NCBI RefSeq assembly: GCF_009914755.1
Contig: NC_060930.1
DNA length: 64,000 bases
DNA from: the human T2T-CHM13v2.0 reference genome, Homo sapiens
Strand: one strand, 5' to 3'
Position 1 is the first letter of the stretch. Every line of letters begins with the position of its first letter. Under the pieces are notes generated by a model. It was not told where the DNA came from. It was given only the letters and a program-made list of their open reading frames with translations, and made no database searches. Shown one piece after another: positions 1 through 15,390 of this stretch. The position numbers and the translations under genes are program-made.

Positions 1-31
1 ATCTGAGTCGCTCTGTTGGAGGAAAGTGCAT

Positions 32-321
32 GTGATGGGCATTTGCTTGCTTCCCCACCAGATTCTCTACCTTCACCCTTCCTGCAATATTCCCTAGGAA
101 GCTGACTTCTGCTGAATGCAACACTCAGGTTCTCTGCTTCCTAGATTCTAGTTGAGTTTGGTCCATGGGAGGCCTTGGCAGAAATTTTGAGAGTAAGAGC
201 AAATAATTACTTAACCATTAGAAAAAAATAACATGAATGTGTCCTTCTATCCATGGCCTCAGTTCCTGTTGGGGAGCCTCGGTGCCAATCCCTCGGTGCA
301 TCACCATTTCTAATTAGTTCC
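32..321 (+). mobile_element. ERVL LTR33-like LTR, 5' part (interrupted by an MST LTR)
   Basis: GGAAGCTGACTTCTGC...TTGAGTTTGGTCCATGGGAGGCCTTGGCAGAAAT resembles the LTR33 5' half; the element resumes after 1081. Confidence 0.55.
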
Positions 322-337
322 TGTTTTAGTCTGCTTT

Positions 338-340
<3 letters not shown>

Positions 341-384
<44 letters not shown>
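341..384. repeat. (GT)22 microsatellite
   Basis: Direct read. Confidence 0.97.
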
Positions 385-385
<1 letters not shown>

Positions 386-593
386 GTTATAAAGGAATAC
401 CAGAGGCTGAATAATTTTAAAGAAGAGAGGTTTATTTGGTTCACAGTTCTGAAGGTGTGCAAGAAGCATGGTGCCACCATTTGCTTCTGGTGAGGGCTTT
501 AGTCTGTTTCCACTCATGGCAGAAGGGGAAGGGAAGCTGGCATGTGCAGAGATCACGTGGCAAGAGAGAGGGGTTTGTACCAGGCTCTTGTTA

Positions 594-927
<334 letters not shown>

Positions 928-1081
928 GAGCGAGCAAGAACTCACTTGGATGGCACCAAGACATTCGTGAGAGGTCCACACTCAGGACCAAAACACCTCC
1001 CATTAGGCCCCACCTCCAACAATGGGGATCACATTTCAACATGAGTTTGGAGTGGTCAAATATCCAAACCCTAGCAGTTCC

Positions 1082-1170
1082 CTTAACCCTGGAAAGAGAC
1101 CCTTCATTAAACTCTTTCTGCTTAATCCTTTGAGAGTGCAACAATTTCCTGCTAGGACCCTGACGGATAG
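1082..1170 (+). mobile_element. LTR33-like LTR, 3' end
   Basis: CCCTTCATTAAACTCTT...TTTCCTGCTAGGACCCTGACGGATA; a reverse-complement relative lies at 12409-12500. Confidence 0.6.
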
Positions 1171-1199
1171 AGGGACCATACAGATCACTAAAATGCTGA

Positions 1200-1568
<369 letters not shown>

Positions 1569-1763
1569 AAACTTAAAAAAAAACCCCAAATAGTACTTTG
1601 AACTTCACCCGCAGGGAGTTATTCAAATTGGTTGTCAGCCAGTTATTTCAGGTTGTTGAGATCATCTGGCTCTTGATTTTATTAATCATCTTAGCCTTCC
1701 CTTTCAACAATTTGCCGACTTTGTGCAAATTTTATTAATATGTGATCTCTGTCTTTATCCATG

Positions 1764-2045
1764 GAGAGGCAGTATAGTATCATGAGGAAAAATAGACTTT
1801 GGAGTAGGCAGAAATTAGGTTTGAATTACTAGCCACGAGGCTTTGGGAACATTACTTAAACTCTATAAGCTTCAATTTCTTTATCTATAAGGTATAGATA
1901 CCTTACCTTTATCTATACCTTATAGATACCTTTATCTATAAGGTATAGATCTTTATCTATAAAACCTGAAAGTTTTGGCATGAGTTTAGTAAAACTGTCT
2001 GTGAAGCCCTTGTGGACTGCTTGGTCCATGTAGGCATTTGATAAA
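1764..2045 (+). mobile_element. MIR, with internal palindromic insertion at 1882-1964
   Basis: AGACTTTGGAGTAGGCAGAAATTAGGTTTGAAT...TTACTTAAACTCTATAAGCTTCAATTTCTTTATCTATAA MIR core. Confidence 0.55.
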
Positions 2046-2441
2046 CGGTGGCTTTATATAGAGTAGGGAAATGCAAGCTATCTCAAAAAGAAATCAGGGA
2101 AATAAGAATGCCATCTGAAATCTGTCATATGAGAATGAAAGGAGCATAGACAGGTTTTGAGTGTGGGGTGAGGAGTAGGGGAGGGGAGGAGATAAGTGAA
2201 CTGCCCCTCAGACTTCCAGGGAGGAGAAAAATGATGTCACTGGGAACTGCAGTCATTTGAAAAGATAGCAATCAAGCATTTCTTTCAGAGCCCTGTTCAT
2301 CTTTCAGTGGCTTTGCTTCTCCAGATGCTTTTGCTCCTTCAATTATCTCTGCCTTCTCCCACCTCCTCTCCAACCATCTCTTCCCTTCCTTAATTCACAA
2401 TTTTTCTCCCTCTTTTCAAGGCATAGTGCTTTGATTTATAA

Positions 2442-2783
<342 letters not shown>

Positions 2784-2914
2784 TGCTTTCATATTTATTA
2801 ACACATTATTTCCACTTTCCTAAGGATAGTTGTTGTTCAACCTTTACTAGCTTTTTTGTTGTTCATACTTAATACATTTATTTTTATTGTGCTATAGCTA
2901 TTTCCCACATGTGA

Positions 2915-3205
2915 TTTTTTTTTTTTTTTTTTTGAGATAGGATCTTGCTCTGTTGCTGAGGCTGGAGTGCAGTGATATGATCATGGCTTGCTGAAGCCCT
3001 GAACTCCTGAGGTTGGGTGATTCTCCCACCTTAGCCTCCCAAGTAGATGGGATTACAAGAAGTACCACTATACCTGGCTATTTAAAATTTTTTTTTGGCT
3101 TGTGTGGAGATGGAGTCTCCCTATGTTGTCCAGGCTGGTTGCGAACTCCTGGTCTCAAGTGATCCTGCCACCTTGGCATCTCAAAATGCTGGGATTACAC
3201 ATGTG
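2915..3205 (-). mobile_element. AluJ
   Basis: Poly-T then diverged J-type antisense sequence (TGATCATGGCTTGCTGAAGCCCTGAACTCC). Confidence 0.85.
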
Positions 3206-3256
3206 TAATATTTTTATTGTCACTATTTTCCACATATTCTGGAAATTTTATTTGGA

Positions 3257-3557
<301 letters not shown>

Positions 3558-5219
3558 TGGATTTCTTTTTGACATAGAATTATTTAAGAGAAAGCTTTTA
3601 AATTTCCATGCTGTAATTTCTAGTTTTGTTGTGTCATAATCAGAGAATATAATCTGTAGCATTTCTACATTCTCTACTTTGCTTAGATGTTTTTAGGGTG
3701 GGGTGTGTAATATGTACTGAATTTTGTAAACATTTTATGGACATACAAATTTCAATGTTTACTTTTTCAGGCTATAGGCTTTGCTACATAATCTTTGTGT
3801 ATTTTTTGGTCCTCATATAGATTTTTTAATTACCTTTTTGCTGTGATAGAGATTAGAAGGGTAAATTAATGTCTCATTTACCATCATTTTTCTTTCTGTA
3901 TCTCTTTTCATTTCCTGATGCTTTGGCTTTATGAAATCTTTATGTATAAAAATTGTGCACACATATCTTTATGCACAGTGTTTTGGATTTTACCCTTCAT
4001 AATGAGCTTTTTTCTCTCCTTTGAATTTGACCTGGCCTGGTGTTAACAGCCCAGGTGTAAAATTCCAGTGAGAAAGAAGTCTGATGAGGAGTCAGTAGGA
4101 TCTTTGTGTTGCTGAGAACTGCTCAGTAACACGGACAGCTCCCTGCACTCCAGGAAACATCCTGATTCAGTGTCTTGAGTATTGTGAAGCACAGTTAGAG
4201 CAGAAACATGGAGAATCACCTTAAAATGGCAAATTGGCTTCTGGTCTTGCATAAGACTTCATTGAGGCCTAATGGGCTATGTAGGTCTACTGTCCAAAGT
4301 ACAGAGGTTATTCCTAGTGTCTTTAATATTACTGTCCCTTTAGGCAAGAGTATCCTTATGATAAGGGAGACTGAATTAAGCTATTTTGGCTGAGGTATAT
4401 TTTTATAAATTCATCCAATTAGCTTCCCTTGTTGTAGTTTTGGCTCACCAAACATTGTTCTGATTATAATTTAGCATCCCATATAATTTCATCTGCAGGG
4501 AGAGTCTGTACTAGGCATGGCGATGCTTACATGTCAGCCCGTGTGACTGCAAGAGTCTCAGTATAATTTGATAACATGGCACTCAGATTCTAGACATTAT
4601 TCTCTGTGTGCTTAGTGAGTGTGATGACATAACCTTCAGAAAGATTCATCCTTTCTCACATATTGATAAATCAACTTTTACATCTACAAAGTTGAGAGCC
4701 AGAAATTAAAACCTGATTAATTCACTAAGGCATCCCTATGACGGCAGTCTTCCAACTAGCTCCATTCTGGGGCACTCTGACATCATTATACACTTTCCAA
4801 TGAAAGCAGGGAGTGTATGTGATTAAAGGGAGAGCCCTGTGGCACTCCTGAAAAATCTCCCCTCCCAGTTCACAGTGACTTATTAACCAACACTCATGAT
4901 CATGTGAAACTCTAGAACTGGATCTGGGTGCCTGGCAGGATGACATGGTGTGAGGCTCAAGCAGCACTGTGGGAATTCAAGCATCTGTTTATTTCTGAGA
5001 GAAAAAGTGTAAAGCAAAATAATATCTTTTAACAAATGTTTGTATTTGACTAAAAAGGAAGCAAGCACTTAATTTATGAATTTGCTAATTGCTCTTCTGA
5101 GCTGAGAATATCTGTGTTGAATATTAGTCATTATCCATATTTGGCACAGAATAATCCCGAGGGCTAAATGACATTGTTCCTACAGTGGGCACCTGAAGAC
5201 TGGCTATAAAAGCAATCCT

Positions 5220-5587
<368 letters not shown>

Positions 5588-6493
5588 CTAACACTACTGA
5601 GGCTATTGACAGTGGCACTTTGCTCTTCTGTTAGAACCTTGGGAAAATTTTTTCCCCCTGAATACAGTATAATAAACTTGGTTCTTATTTCTCTTTCTCT
5701 CCCCCTCCTTTTTTCTTCCCTCCCCACTACCACATGCACACACACAAATAGACAGATTTGTTTATATTTGACTTTCTAAAAACCTGTTACTAGAAAGGCA
5801 CATTAATACATTTCTCCTGTGCTGATAGTAATCAGGCAACTCTGGTTTCTATCGGAGGCAATTTCTTACGTATTAAATGCCAGAAAAAGGGCATCCCTCC
5901 GTTTTTGTAGAGAGCCTTTCTTTATGAAGACTAATGACCACATTAGTTAGTCAGTCAGTCAATAATACTTACCAAATGTCAGTAGAGCCGACGTGAACAC
6001 CAACAGAAAATCACATTTTACAAATGCAATTTACTTGGTATCCTAACATGCCATGTCATAATAATTATTGAGGCTTTTCTTCTCTGCTGCATTGGTCTAG
6101 TGAAAGTGGCTAGAAAAATATGTGTGCCCATGTAGCCTCCTGGAAGCACCTGTATGACTTTTCTAGAAGCGAGGTTCCTGGATAAAGATGAATTTTTAAA
6201 AGCTGGAATGAATGAGCAGCAATAGCAGAAGGAGAAAAGTGAGTGAGGGCTCTCCAAGAAGCCATCTGGCAGGCTAAGGGTTCTGAGGGAAGCTCTGGTT
6301 TCAGAAGCAACTCAGGAATTACTTCTGTCATATTAGGATGGGATGGTAGGAGATTGGGAACTCTAGGGACTAGAAGTCATTTAATTTCCTGTCTACAATC
6401 CTTAGAAGAGGTTTTGAGACTTGCAACCTAGGACCTTAACTAATCATCTTCCCTCAGCATTGATAGAATTCTTTATTATACATGTTAATATCA

Positions 6494-6790
6494 GATTAGT
6501 CAGGATGGGCTGGATTATGCTGTGTTAACAGCCATTCTCTAAATCTCTGTGGCTCAACAGGGAGCTCTGCCTGTCATGGTCACTTGGGACCCAGGCTTTG
6601 GGTATAAGGCTACAGCACATGGAAAACGTATGAATGTCTCTCAGATTCTTAAAGCTTCTGCTGGAAGTGACATGTCATTCTGCTCACAGTTCATTGGCTA
6701 AATGAGTCACGTGGCTCTCTCTAACTTCAAGGATGGTATGAAATTGCAATCCTACCATGTCTCTAGAAGGAGAACCAGCCCTAATCACAA
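6494..6790 (-). mobile_element. Old MLT1 (K/L-like) LTR
   Basis: ATTAGTCAGGATGGGCTGGATTATGCTG...CATTGGCTAAATGAGTCACGTGG. Confidence 0.55.
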
Positions 6791-9434
6791 TGCTACATGT
6801 TTATAGCTTGCCTCATAGAGTTTACTGTATTCTCCTGGTATAATTTTCTTACATGCTCAACTGGAGAGGAAGCTCTTAAATAGAAAAAAATCACAGTAAA
6901 TTTCCTTTAAAAGATCTATTTTACAACTCTGGCATGATGGAGCACAATGGAGTCCTTAGTAATGGACTCCATCTCTTCCATCAGATAAAATGTTGAGAAC
7001 TGAAGTTAAAATTTGAATAATGAAACCAAAGGAAAAAAAAATTAAATGAATTTTAAGACAATTGAGATAAGAACAACTGTGGCATCAGCATAATTCAATT
7101 TAATAATGTATTAAATATTTTGCAGAAAAGTGAAAACAAATTGATAGCCAAATCAATGCAGCATTAAGCCACCATGTGGTCTAATTTCTTGCTGAATTGA
7201 CAAAACAAAACACTAGTTTAGTTATATAAACATGGCTGATGTTTATACAAACAACAGAATTTGCCGGTAGCATTATCACTGGAAAATAAGATGTGTACTT
7301 AATTCTTGTATGTTCTGAGCCCATCTAGGAAGAACATAAAAGACGAAGAACAAAGCAATCACAGGATGTTATCATGAAAATATCACCTTTGGCTGGAGTA
7401 AAGTTTTGGCTAAATGTGGCACTAGTATTTATTACAGCTCACCTTTTTATAATGAAGGGCTATGGACTGAACATTCTTATTATTTCCCATTTTCTTGCCA
7501 CTCTATCCCAACACACATGCACATGCATGCACACACGCACACACACTGGCACCCACACCCATGCATGTGGGACACACAGAGCAGCCCAGGCAATTTCAAT
7601 TGTTGGCAGCTTTGCTTTTATTAGGTATTAGTCTACCAACTTGCTTTCTCTTTAGAGAGACTAAGTGAAACCAAACTCATTTCCACCCAGTTATCCTGCT
7701 GGAACCTGTAACAGTCACTGTAATGTTAAAAGCAGTAAAACAAAATAAAAACCAGTCAGTTCACTTACTCCCGAAGTCCGCAGTTTGGTGTTCAGCTTTA
7801 AAACGTGCTCTGGGCGTCCTGTGGTGGCTACCAGAGGCTTTGGTGAGTCATTGTCAACCCAGTAGCTAGAGAAGTGCTGGAATGCCCCTCTTAAATACAG
7901 AGCCAGTTTGTCCTTCAGAATGGCTGCTTGAACGAATTTACTGCTCAACTCGAAAGGCCATTTTTTATAACCCACTGCAGTTGTGCTTCATGTGTTTCTC
8001 CACCTATCCTGTAAAGTGTATTGTGAAATTAATTTTGTAGATTTCCTCACACTGCAGTGACTAGGGAAATCACCCATTCATTATTATCTAATGAGGAGAA
8101 AGTGGAAACATCTAGAAGCACTGCTCCCATCCTCCTCCCCAGCCCACACAGACACCTACCTCAGGCCCTCCCTGTCCCAGGTGAGCAGAGGGCCCCACCT
8201 TTGGAGGTTGCCTCCCTTCCACCTTCACCAATCCTATGACCAGATTATCCCCAAGGAAATGTCAATCTCCAGGCAGCAAGGGAATCATATAAAGATAAGA
8301 TCATTGAGAGATTTTTTTCCTCCGTGATTGGCAGTTTATATTTTCTTGGGTCTACAAATCTGACAGCATTTATTAAATTTTCTAGTTTGATACTGACCTC
8401 TGTCTGATGCTGGGCTGTCACCATGCCCAAGACTGAGGGGACCCACAGTCTAGCTAGAAGGCATGGATCAATTCCAACTGCCCTACCCCTAGCCTGTGTG
8501 CAGGAGAAAGCTCTCAGGCTCTGGCAGAGGAGTCCCAGGGGAAGGATGCATGATCTTCCACTGTGCCTCCCAGCCATGCTGAGCAGCAAAGCAGACCATG
8601 AGCAGGTCTCCCTTAAATTCATTTGCTTGATTTGTCCTTGAGTGTCCTTGGATGGGTTTGTTGCCTCCTTGTCCAGTATGTCTTGGTCATCCTGATTCCT
8701 GGGCTTGGCTCCCAGGTTGATTCTTTCCCTGACACAAAACAGGCACTATGGGCAAAGACACCTGCAGCCTTGGAGAGACCAGTGATGCTAGATGTTTCCT
8801 GTTAGCACTCAGGAAAGCTCAGAGCTTTTGATGAGCATCTTTTGATCCATTAGTTAAAACCACGCTGGGTTCTTTATAGTGGTTAGTTAGCTCTGGGCTA
8901 TGGGATTGTGGAAGACATTTATTTCTTCTTTGGATTCACCTGGATTTTCTGCAACGGACAAGTATCGATAAAATACATGGTGCTTTTCAGAAATTGCCCC
9001 ATCATCATGTTGCTGTTGTTGTTATTGATATTGTTGTTTCTGATGGATAGAGATCTAGGCCTGACACTCCAAGCAGTGTGAACAGCATTTACCTTGATAA
9101 GCATTCTTACATCTTAACCCTCGGGAATTTTAAATAGAAGTGTTCCGTGTGATTAAATTAACAGGTTTAGAGATGGGTGTCCTGGTTATTTCCTTTGTTC
9201 TCCTCCTGGTAGCTGCCTGCACTCACAGCGTGTTGGGAATGGTGATTATAAATGTAACCATGCTCTCTTCTTGTAAGTGGAGAGCCCAGGTACCTCTTAT
9301 CCAGCATGTGACCCTCTTTCTACCTCAGGATAGTCATACTCTTAGGCTTCCTAGATTTATTCAGGGCCAAAGGAGTGGTCAAGGTCCTTTTTGTTTTGCC
9401 CTATTCCCTTTGGAAAACATTTAGTTTATGCCCA

Positions 9435-10234
9435 TGTTACAGATTGCAAAATACAGGCACATATTCTCACTAATGTGGTCTGCATGTCCCTTTGCAAGGA
9501 CATGCAATGTGACTTCACTACTCCTTTCATCAAGAAAAGGAGCCTCTTGGTCGGGCACGGTGGCTCACGCCTGTAATCCCAGCACTTTGGGAGGCCAAGG
9601 CAGGCAGATCACGAGGTCAGGAGATGGAGACCATCCTGCCTAACACAGTGAAACACAGTCTCTACCAAAAAATACAAAAAAAAAAAAAATTAGCCAGGCG
9701 TGGTGGTAGGTGCCTGTAGTCTCAGCTACTTGGGAGCCTGAGGCAGGGGAATGGCGTGAACCCAGGAGGCAGAGCTTGCAGTGAGCCTAGATCGCGCCAC
9801 TGCACTCCAGCCTGGGCAACAGAGCAAGATTCTGACTCAAAAAAAAAAAAAAGAAAAAGAAAAGAAAAGGAGCCTCTTTGCCTCTTTACCCTAATCTGGG
9901 CAAGCCTTGCAACCTGATTTGCCAAAAAAATATGAAGGAAGCAATGTGATGTGATTTTCCAGGCTAGAATGTAAGAAGCCTTGGAGCTTCTGCATTTACT
10001 GTCTTCAGATGCTGCCTGAAACCACTGTAAGAAGCTCTAACCTACTGGAGGATAAGGGGTGAGCCCAAGAGCATCAAGGCTCCCATCAACAGCCAGTCCT
10101 GTGAGTGAGGCCATCTTGGACCTGCCAGCTCAGTAAACCCTTTTGCTGAACACAGCCCAAGGAAGGAACCCTTGCAAAATGAAATCATGTGGTCAGTTTG
10201 CAGGGTGGTTATTACACAGCAGTAGATGATTGAA
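9435..10234 (+). mobile_element. MLT1 (F/G/H-like) LTR interrupted by AluY
   Basis: GCAATGTGACTTCACTACTCCTTTCATCAAGA...TGTGAGTGAGGCCATCTTGGACC...GGGTGGTTATTACACAGCAGTAGATGA. Confidence 0.7.
9549..9862 (+). mobile_element. AluY
   Basis: Y diagnostics (AATGGCGTGAACCC, GAGCTTGCAGTG), TSD AAGAAAAGGAGCCTCTT. Confidence 0.92.
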
Positions 10235-10382
10235 AAGGCCCAGTGTCTTCCTGGGGACTGAAACACCCACCTCCTGTTCATGTTGATACACGGTGAGCAG
10301 AATATGGATGTGGGAGTGGTGTTGGTTGCAGGTGAGGTAGAGAAGCACTGAACAGAGCACAAAGACCTGATGTTCCAGGGTC

Positions 10383-10640
10383 GGGAGTTTAGACTTGATC
10401 CTAACAGCGGCCATAGGCGGATTTAGGCAAGAGAGTAACGTGGTCAGATTTTCATTTTAGAAAGTTACTCTGACATCCATGTGGAGAATGAACTTGAAGG
10501 TCACAAGGCTGATGGAGCCAGGAAGACCATTTGGGAGGTGATCGTAGTAATCTACTTAAGAGTTCATTACGAGCTGGGGAATGGGGAGGTGTTAGAGAAG
10601 AGAAAATGGATTTGAAGAGCTGAGGGATGTTAAAAAGGCA
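10383..10640 (-). mobile_element. L2 fragment
   Basis: GGAGTTTAGACTTGATCCT...TGGTCAGATTTTCATTTTAGAAAGTTACTCTG...TGTGGAGAATG. Confidence 0.55.
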
Positions 10641-10646
10641 AAACTG

Positions 10647-10940
<294 letters not shown>

Positions 10941-11879
10941 CGGAAAATTGTTGGGACTTGTAATTAATTGGGTGAGGAAACTGAGTGGCAAATGGTCTCA
11001 GCTCTACACATGGAGAGCCCTGGGGACATAGGGAGAGCACATTTGGAAGGAAAGATGATGATTTTAGTTCTTAAAATTTTGTTTGTGGAGGAGGCATTCA
11101 GACAGAGAATTCTGTTGGGCAGTTTTATGTAGAGAACTACATCTAAAGAGGTCAGAAGTGAACTTCAATAAAATTGAGGTGACCAATGATCATCAGTTTT
11201 AAAGAGGACATATTTTCTTTTTCTGTTAAAGGGAACACACCTATGAGTCAGAAAGCCAGACATTTATTTTTTCTCGCCAAAGGTTATTGTACAACCTACG
11301 GAAGAGAGTGTAAACACTGGTCTTTAAGATGAATTGTAAAGCTCTAAAGAGAATAAGAAAAATTGTGTTTCATGATTTATGATGGATAACATTTTAGAGT
11401 TGATTTCATAAGAGAATTCATTAAGCCAATAGACAACCATGGCATTTTAACTGTAGTGTTTAAGTATCTTTAGCTCTGATTTTTTAATTAGCAGAAGCAA
11501 ATAAAGAGAGCTTCATTTTAACCATGAGAAATCTCTCTTCTGTATTTCATGTGACTAAATTTGTCCAGACGCTGAAGTTCAAATAATCACAGTGATTGCC
11601 AACATAATGGTTAATTTTCTGAGAAGTAAGTTCATGCTTTGCCACAGTTTGCTCCCCTGTAAGATCAGACAGAAAAATAAGAATAAAACCGACTAATAGC
11701 TATTGATTGCTTCTGGAACAGCTATCAATATAAAGAGCCAGACAAAACACATAATAAAGAATTGTGTTAGTGCCAGAGAGACTTTAGAGATCATTTGCCC
11801 ATCTCTTTACCTTCTCCCACTTCTTTCTGTCCCTCCACCCCACCAGCTCTGATACAGACACACAGGATATTAGTAAAGG

Positions 11880-12110
11880 ATAGTATTTGTTGAGAGCCTT
11901 TTGCATGTCAGGCACTGCTTCTAAACGTTGTATAATACCAGCTCATTCAATCTTCAAATCAATGCTATACAGTAGGTACTCTTCTTCTTTTTTTTTTTTT
12001 TTTAAATTTTACAGCTGAGGGACTGAGGTATGGAGAGGTTAGGTAACTTGTTCAAGGACACCAAGCCAGTCAGGCTGCCACTGGACCTAAGACAAGGTAA
12101 CCTGGCTCTG
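11880..12110 (-). mobile_element. MIR
   Basis: TTTTACAGCTGAGGGACTGAGGTATGGAGAGGTTAGGTAACTTGTTCAAGG. Confidence 0.65.
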
Positions 12111-12408
12111 AGACCAACCCCACAGAGAAGTATGTGGATGCTGACAACACTGTAGGAAGTTACAAGGAGCAAAAGAATAGCAGCCTCAGCCCTGAATTCC
12201 ACTGTAAGCTTCCCTCTAATCTTCCCTGCCTCACTCTCAATCGAATAAAGAGCTGATCAGGAAGCAACTATGCACGGTCTTCCCCTCCACACCTCCAGCC
12301 CCAGCTCCCTTCCCCAGACTCAGTGCCAGCCTGTGCCAGCCCCCAAGATGGCAGTGTGGAGCCATGCACTAGGTCTGCCGCGCACCCAGCAGTCGGCTGT
12401 GGGTTCTT

Positions 12409-12570
12409 TGTATCTGTCAGAGTCCTGGCAGGAAATGGTTTCATTCTCAAAGGGTTAACTAGGAAGAATTTAGTGAAGGGTCAGTTTACAAGGTTCAGGA
12501 ACTAACGGAAAATGGTGAAGCACCCAGGGACTGGCACTGGAGCTTCCCCACAGGAGCTGAGGCCAGAGAA
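12409..12570 (-). mobile_element. LTR33-like 3' fragment
   Basis: Reverse complement aligns by eye with 1083-1170. Confidence 0.55.
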
Positions 12571-12722
12571 GTATACATCCATTGTTGTCTTAAAGAGTGG
12601 TTAACTATCTATTTGCTCTTACTTTCAACATTTCTGCTGGGGCCTTGCATTGAACAAACTCAACTGTAATCTAGAGAGCAGGGACTCCTGAGTGGCACAT
12701 TCAGTGGGAGTCAGCTTCCTAG

Positions 12723-13035
<313 letters not shown>

Positions 13036-14191
13036 TTCCTAGGGAATCTTGTAGGAAAGACAAAGGTAGAGAATCTGTCTGATGGCGGAAGCAAATGAAT
13101 GCCCATCACATGCACTTTCCTCCAACAGAGCAACTCGGATGCTGTGAAACAATGCTAAGTCAGTCTCAGTGTCTGTTGCAGTAATATTGTACATACTGTA
13201 GGTCTTAATCATAGGAAATTACATGCCCATTGCCCTGTGCATGGACCGGAGCGCACTTATGGGGGGCCGGTAGTCCTCCTTTCAGACATCTTTTTTTTCT
13301 CTGCCCCAACAAGTGGCCTTTCCATAGAAGACTGCCCAGAGAACCCTATGGCAACCCTACCCTCTTATTCCACTTTATTTTTCTTCAAAGTGTTTATTAC
13401 TCCCTGTTGTTATGTTAGACTCTATATTTCTGTATTTGCTGTCCTCCAACTTGAAAAGAACCTCTGAGAGGGGAGGGACTTTCCTGGTCACATTCACTTG
13501 TCCCAGCACCTGCGATGGTGCCTGACATATCTCAGGGGCTCCTTAAATATTTATTGCTAGACAATGGGTATCATGGCTCAGCCTCCTCTGGGGTTACGAG
13601 GCTGGAGGAAAGAAACTTTAGCATGAGTGCAGTGAGAGTAAAAGAATTCAGCAGCTCTAATCAGGGAATGAATCTGGTGTGTAATAGGATCTCAAGGCTT
13701 GACTCCTAGTCTAAGACCATTTCTGGAGTTTGCTGACTTGATCCCCATCCTTCATCATTAGCACTTTGCAGGGAAGGAGCTGAGCGTGGATCTTGACTCT
13801 GAATTGGCTGGGACATGCAAAATCGGGGGCATGCTTGGTGTTGCCCAGGCTCAGCTCTGCCTAGACACACGTGAGGGCCAAGATCTGGTTTGTGTTTCAT
13901 GAGCTCTCCCAGGATGAAGACCCAGCCAGGCTGTCTGAAGAAGGGGTGTTCTTGAGTAGGAGGGAAGGACTGCTCCAATACGAAAAATCTAACAATAGCA
14001 TAGTCCTTAAGAGCTTGAGCTTTGAAGAGGGAGAACAGACCCATTTAAGGCATGAAAAATAAAGGAAACTCTTGAGTCCCTCCAAGGAAAATTCCAGCCA
14101 CCTGGCTAGCCTCAAGAAGTAGATGAGCACCCTGATAAGTAAGAAGGTAATAATAGCTTAAAACAATAGTCAAGAAAATTAGAGCCACAAA

Positions 14192-14310
14192 CTAATCTTA
14201 AATGACGAGTTAATGGGTGCAGCACACCAACATGGTACATGTATACATACGTAACAGACCTGCACGTTGTGCACATGTACCCTAAAACTTAAAGTATAAT
14301 TAAAAAAAAA
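14192..14310 (+). mobile_element. 5'-truncated L1PA (PA3-5-like) 3' end
   Basis: GACGAGTTAATGGGTGCAGCACACCAACATGG...CCTAAAACTTAAAGTATAAT + polyA; 20-bp TSD AAGAAAATTAGAGCCACAAA (14172-14191, 14311-14330). Confidence 0.93.
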
Positions 14311-14562
14311 AAGAAAATTAGAGCCACAAAATGTTTGTTTCCCTATAGAAACTAGAGATAACATCTTAACATATGTCCCTGAGTTGTTTTGTAGAAACCC
14401 AGACCCCGCTAAATGGAAAATACCACCTGTTGGCTCGTAGATCTCAGATAAGGAGGAACTGAGGACTGAACACTCACAACTGTTCTTTGTTCTAAATTTC
14501 TTCTTGAGGGACCTGGAGGAGGTCACCCCCACAGGCCAGAGCAGAACATTCCTTTCTGCTGA

Positions 14563-14913
<351 letters not shown>

Positions 14914-15235
14914 TCAAATCAGAAAATCTTTGAATTCATCTAATGGTCACCTATCCTGTGGGCCCTCACTTTGAGATATTTTGCCTTTTTTGGCCAAACC
15001 AATATGTAGCCTCCATGTATTGTATGACCTTGCCTGCAACCTCTGCCTTCCCACCTTTAAAAACCCTTACACATAAGCCATCAGGGAGATTAGGCCTTAA
15101 GGATTAGCTGCCTGATACTCCTTGCTTGCTGCCTGCAATAAATTCCTCAACTTCTGTCTCAGCAATGCCGATATCAGTGCTTGACTTTGATAGGCTGGGT
15201 GGGTGGACCCAAATTTGGTTTGGTGACCCTTTGAG

Positions 15236-15390
15236 CTTAGATTCAAAATTCTAGTTTTGTCACTCTGCAGTTTTGTGATCTTGAGCAAGTTACTTAACCT
15301 CTCTGAGCCTTGTTTGTCATGTGTAATGAAAAGAGCTATACTTACCTTGTGAGGTAGTCCTCAGGATTCAATGAGATAATAAGTACTCAC
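15236..15390 (+). mobile_element. MIR
   Basis: TGTGATCTTGAGCAAGTTACTTAACCTCTCTGAGCCT. Confidence 0.75.
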
